A stretch of 64,000 nucleotides of DNA. Source: Deltaproteobacteria bacterium. Its GTDB lineage: Bacteria > Myxococcota_A > Polyangia > Polyangiales > Houyiibacteriaceae. The stretch spans positions 142,014 to 206,013 of the forward strand of contig JAEPMI010000004.1 in assembly GCA_017644045.1 (NCBI GenBank), written 5' to 3'. Each line of letters opens with the position of its first letter. Position 1 is the first letter of the stretch. The position numbers and the translations under genes were made by a program. The notes beneath the pieces were generated by a model that saw only the letters and a list, made by a program, of their open reading frames with translations, was not told the DNA's origin and made no database searches. Positions 61,324 through 64,000 of the stretch are shown here, in pieces.

Positions 61324-61593
61324 TCAGCGTTCCTGGGGCAGGTGACCGTGCGTCTTCAGCCAGCGGAGCACCTTTCGCTCGGGACGTGGACCGGCGGCGA
61401 ACTCCTCGAGCGACTCGCTGCGGACATGGCTCCCGTAACCGGGGGGAGCTTCGTCGCCGAAGGTGTGGTGCCAGATGCGCCCGCCGCTGAAGTAGATGGC
61501 GTAGCCGCCCCCGGAGCACGGCCCGAAGATCGACCAGTGGGCATCCCAGCGTTCGGGCAGCTCCTCGGACTCCGGGACGCCCGGGTCGGTCAC
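61324..61593 (-). CDS. small hypothetical protein translationally coupled to trpA
   Basis: ORF 61324..61593. GTG 61593-61591 overlaps the trpA stop (GTGA). GC3-rich codons. Confidence 0.6.
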   Translation of the reverse strand: MTDPGVPESEELPERWDAHWSIFGPCSGGGYAIYFSGGRIWHHTFGDEAPPGYGSHVRSESLEEFAAGPRPERKVLRWLKTHGHLPQER

Positions 61594-62384
61594 CGCTTGC
61601 AGCCGACGGCGAGCGCCGCGACCTGCTCGCGCACGGCAGCCGGCGCGTTCGCGCCCTCGCGCTCGATGGTGCGCACGACCGCGCTGCCGACGACGACGCC
61701 GCTCGCCTTGGCCGCGACCACCGCGGCGTCGCTGGCTTCACGGATGCCGAAGCCGACGGCGACCGGCTTGTGGGTCTCGTTCTGCAGCGACGCGGCGGTG
61801 GACGCCGCGGACTGGAGGTCGGTCGCCTTCGAACCGGTCACGCCGGTCATCGACACGTAGTAGACGAACCCGGTCGCGGTGGTGGCGATCTCTTCCGCGC
61901 GCTCGGTGCCGCTGGTGGGCGCGACGAGCGGCACCCAATCGAGCCCCTTCGCCGACGCGGCGGCGCGGAGCGGCCCCGCCTCCTCCATCGGCAGGTCGAC
62001 CACCAAGAGGCCGTCGATGCCGGCCTCGGCGGCGCGCTCGCAGAGCGTCTCCTCCCCCATCGCGAGGATCGGGTTGTAGTAGCCGAAGAGGAGCAGCGGC
62101 ACGTCACAGCCGCTCGCGCGCACCTCGGCGACGGCCTTCAGCAAGCCCGCCATGGTGGCGCCGCCCTTCAGGGCGCGTTCGCTCGCCTTCTGGATGGCGG
62201 GACCGTCGGCGGTCGGGTCGCTGAAGGGCATCCCGATCTCGACGATGTCGGCGCCACCCTCGGCGGCCGCGCGGATGAGCGCTGGGGTCACCTCGAGCGA
62301 AGGGTCGCCGGCACAGAGATAGATGATCAGCGCCGCGCGGTCTTCGCCGCCGGCCTTCACCATGGCATCGGAGATGCGCCCCAT
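61590..62384 (-). CDS. trpA: tryptophan synthase alpha chain
   Basis: Internal Met MGRISDAMV of ORF 61590..62927. IIYLCAGDP, EIGMPFSDPTADGPAIQ and GFGI blocks. Its ATG shares 1 nt with the trpB stop. Confidence 0.92.
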   Translation of the reverse strand: MGRISDAMVKAGGEDRAALIIYLCAGDPSLEVTPALIRAAAEGGADIVEIGMPFSDPTADGPAIQKASERALKGGATMAGLLKAVAEVRASGCDVPLLLFGYYNPILAMGEETLCERAAEAGIDGLLVVDLPMEEAGPLRAAASAKGLDWVPLVAPTSGTERAEEIATTATGFVYYVSMTGVTGSKATDLQSAASTAASLQNETHKPVAVGFGIREASDAAVVAAKASGVVVGSAVVRTIEREGANAPAAVREQVAALAVGCKR

Positions 62385-63598
62385 CAGTGCGCTCCCTTCT
62401 TCACCTCGAGCGCCGCCAGCACGGTGTCGAGATCCTTGTCGCCGCGACCCGAGAGGCAGACGAGCAGCTTCGCGTTCGCGCCGAGCTCCTTCGCCAGCGG
62501 CCAACACGCGGCCACGGCGTGCGAGCTCTCGAGCGCAGGGAGGATCCCTTCGAGGCGCGCGAGCTGCTGGAACGCGGCCAGCGCCTCGGCGTCGGTGGCG
62601 GCGACGTAGCGCGCGCGCTTGGTGTGCAGGAGATACGAGTGCTCGGGACCGACGCCCGGGTAGTCGAGACCCGCGCTGATCGAGTGCGCCTCGTCGATCT
62701 GACCGTCCTCGGTCTGCAGCAAGAAGCTCTTGGCGCCATGGAGCACGCCCACCTTGCCCGCGTTGAGCGGCGCGGCGTGCTTGCCTTCCAGCCCCTCGCC
62801 GGCGGCCTCGACTCCGATGAGCTGGACCTGATCGATGAGGAAGCCCGCGAAGATCCCGATGGCGTTGCTCCCGCCGCCGACGCAGGCGACGACCGCGTCC
62901 GGGAGCTCGCCCATCTGCTTCAGGCACTGCTCGCGCGCCTCACGACCGACGACTGCCTGCAGCTCGCGCACGAGCAAGGGGTACGGGTGCGGCCCGGCGG
63001 CGGAGCCCACGCAGTAGTAGGTGGTCTCGACGTTGGTGACCCAGTCGCGGAGCGCCTCGTTCATCGCGTCCTTGAGCGTCCGCGAGCCGGACTCGACCGC
63101 GTGGACGGTGGCGCCGAGCAGCTCCATCCGCTTCACGTTGGGTGCCTGCCGCCGGACGTCCTCGGCGCCCATGTAGACCTCGCACGGGAAGCCGAGGAGC
63201 GCGCAGGCGGTCGCCGTGGCGACGCCGTGCTGACCGGCACCGGTCTCCGCGATGATGCGCGTCTTGCCCATCCGCTTGGCCAGGAGCACCTGGCCGACCG
63301 TGTTGTTCACCTTGTGAGCGCCGGTGTGCGCGAGGTCCTCGCGCTTGAGCCAGACCTCCGCGCCGACGGCCTCCGAGAGACGCTCCGCATGGTAGAGCGG
63401 CGTCTCCCGACCGACGTAGTCGGCGAGGAGCGCGTCGAGCTCCTTGCGGAACGCGGGGTCGTTCCAGGCCGAGTAGAAGGCTTCGGTCAGCTCGTCGAGA
63501 GCGGGGACGAGGGTCTCGGCCACGAAGCGGCCGCCGAAGTCGCCGAAGCGGCCGGTGACCGGGTCGAAACCGGGGGGGAGATCGATGGTCGCGCGCAT
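62384..63598 (-). CDS. trpB: tryptophan synthase beta chain
   Basis: [26 protein letters not shown] (PLP lysine), ETGAGQHG and GGGSNAIG are canonical TrpB blocks. Confidence 0.97.
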   Translation of the reverse strand: MRATIDLPPGFDPVTGRFGDFGGRFVAETLVPALDELTEAFYSAWNDPAFRKELDALLADYVGRETPLYHAERLSEAVGAEVWLKREDLAHTGAHKVNNTVGQVLLAKRMGKTRIIAETGAGQHGVATATACALLGFPCEVYMGAEDVRRQAPNVKRMELLGATVHAVESGSRTLKDAMNEALRDWVTNVETTYYCVGSAAGPHPYPLLVRELQAVVGREAREQCLKQMGELPDAVVACVGGGSNAIGIFAGFLIDQVQLIGVEAAGEGLEGKHAAPLNAGKVGVLHGAKSFLLQTEDGQIDEAHSISAGLDYPGVGPEHSYLLHTKRARYVAATDAEALAAFQQLARLEGILPALESSHAVAACWPLAKELGANAKLLVCLSGRGDKDLDTVLAALEVKKGAH

Positions 63599-63643
63599 GG
63601 GGGAGCGGGATCTTACACGCAGAACCAGAATGCGCCCGGGTCG

Positions 63644-64000
63644 CTATGTCGCCGAGCGATCGTCCGCGTCACGCACGGCCGCGACGAACGCCTCCAGCAG
63701 CGCCGCGCTCTTGATCCCCGGCGCCGACTCGACGCCGCTCGCGACGTCGACGCGGAAGGGTCGGATGCGCGCGATGGCCTCGGCGACGTTGTCGGGGCGG
63801 AGACCACCAGCGAGGGTCAGCGAGCGCTCGGCGGCGATCGCTTCGGCGAGCGCCCAGTCGAAGGCGTGGCCGGTGCCGCCCGGCATCGCGCCCGGCACCC
63901 GCGCGTCGAGCAGGAGGTGGTCGCCGCCGAAGCGCCGCGCGCTGGTGACGTCGGCAGCGTCCGCCACGCCGACGGCCTTGTACGCATGGGGCTGGAGCGA
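63644..64000 (-). CDS. trpF: phosphoribosylanthranilate isomerase (5' end outside the window)
   Basis: The frame of ORF 63644..63967 stays open to the window edge. [21 protein letters not shown]...[16 protein letters not shown]...[14 protein letters not shown] is typical of TrpF. Confidence 0.85.
   Translation of the reverse strand, partial: SLQPHAYKAVGVADAADVTSARRFGGDHLLLDARVPGAMPGGTGHAFDWALAEAIAAERSLTLAGGLRPDNVAEAIARIRPFRVDVASGVESAPGIKSAALLEAFVAAVRDADDRSAT

Noticed and set aside
1-64000. Scan of intergenic regions for tRNA, rRNA, transposase/integrase genes and prophage or defence-island hallmarks.
   Set aside because: Intergenic regions are mostly under 220 nt. None shows tRNA-like cloverleaf arms, and no ORF has recombinase, transposase, nuclease-helicase or reverse-transcriptase motifs recognisable by eye.

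Overview
Very GC-rich, gene-dense chromosomal window. GC was not computed; by eye it is about 70%, with a few lower-GC pockets. The gene content looks like Myxococcota: MYXO-CTERM sorting tails, an AgmX/PglI-type TonB-C protein, three Ser/Thr kinases, many lipobox lipoproteins, thrombospondin type-3 repeats and myxobacterial Cys-rich repeats. I support 63 protein-coding genes plus one 25-codon upstream ORF. I found no rRNA, tRNA, CRISPR array, transposase or integrase. Most long ORFs in the six-frame track are antisense or out-of-frame shadows of the real genes, and many real genes start well inside the listed ORF. I chose starts from signal peptides or lipoboxes, domain boundaries and stop/start overlaps. 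Recognisable blocks: PilZ-REC regulator and FadD-like ligase; tetR-amidase; GH92 mannosidase; MacB/FtsX-type ABC transporter with a DUF3299-like partner; a five-gene V4R/aminotransferase operon; yidD; a long minus-strand array (serine hydrolase ... GS-like ligase, PlsB-like acyltransferase, gpsA, Fe-ADH, kinase); a TSP3/HTTM/di-haem peroxidase cluster; epimerase-GMC oxidoreductase; ECF sigma with a membrane anti-sigma candidate; two PEGA-protein/kinase modules; three MYXO-CTERM proteins; ACAD plus phosphotransferase; a TonB-dependent receptor/RCC1 cluster; trpF-trpB-trpA. The best candidates for undescribed biology are: (1) the fully translationally coupled twin-V4R/PLP-enzyme operon (15266-18423) with a perfect 16-bp palindrome upstream; (2) the HTTM/di-haem peroxidase cluster bracketed by paralogous Ca-binding lipoproteins (30302-35253); (3) a ~165-nt nested hairpin (35269-35431) whose non-Watson-Crick positions are all G-U only in the plus-sense RNA; (4) an ABC permease with a ~65-residue His/Asp/Glu insertion; (5) tandem small Cys-rich MYXO-CTERM paralogs. 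All functional calls come from motif recognition by eye; no searches were run.
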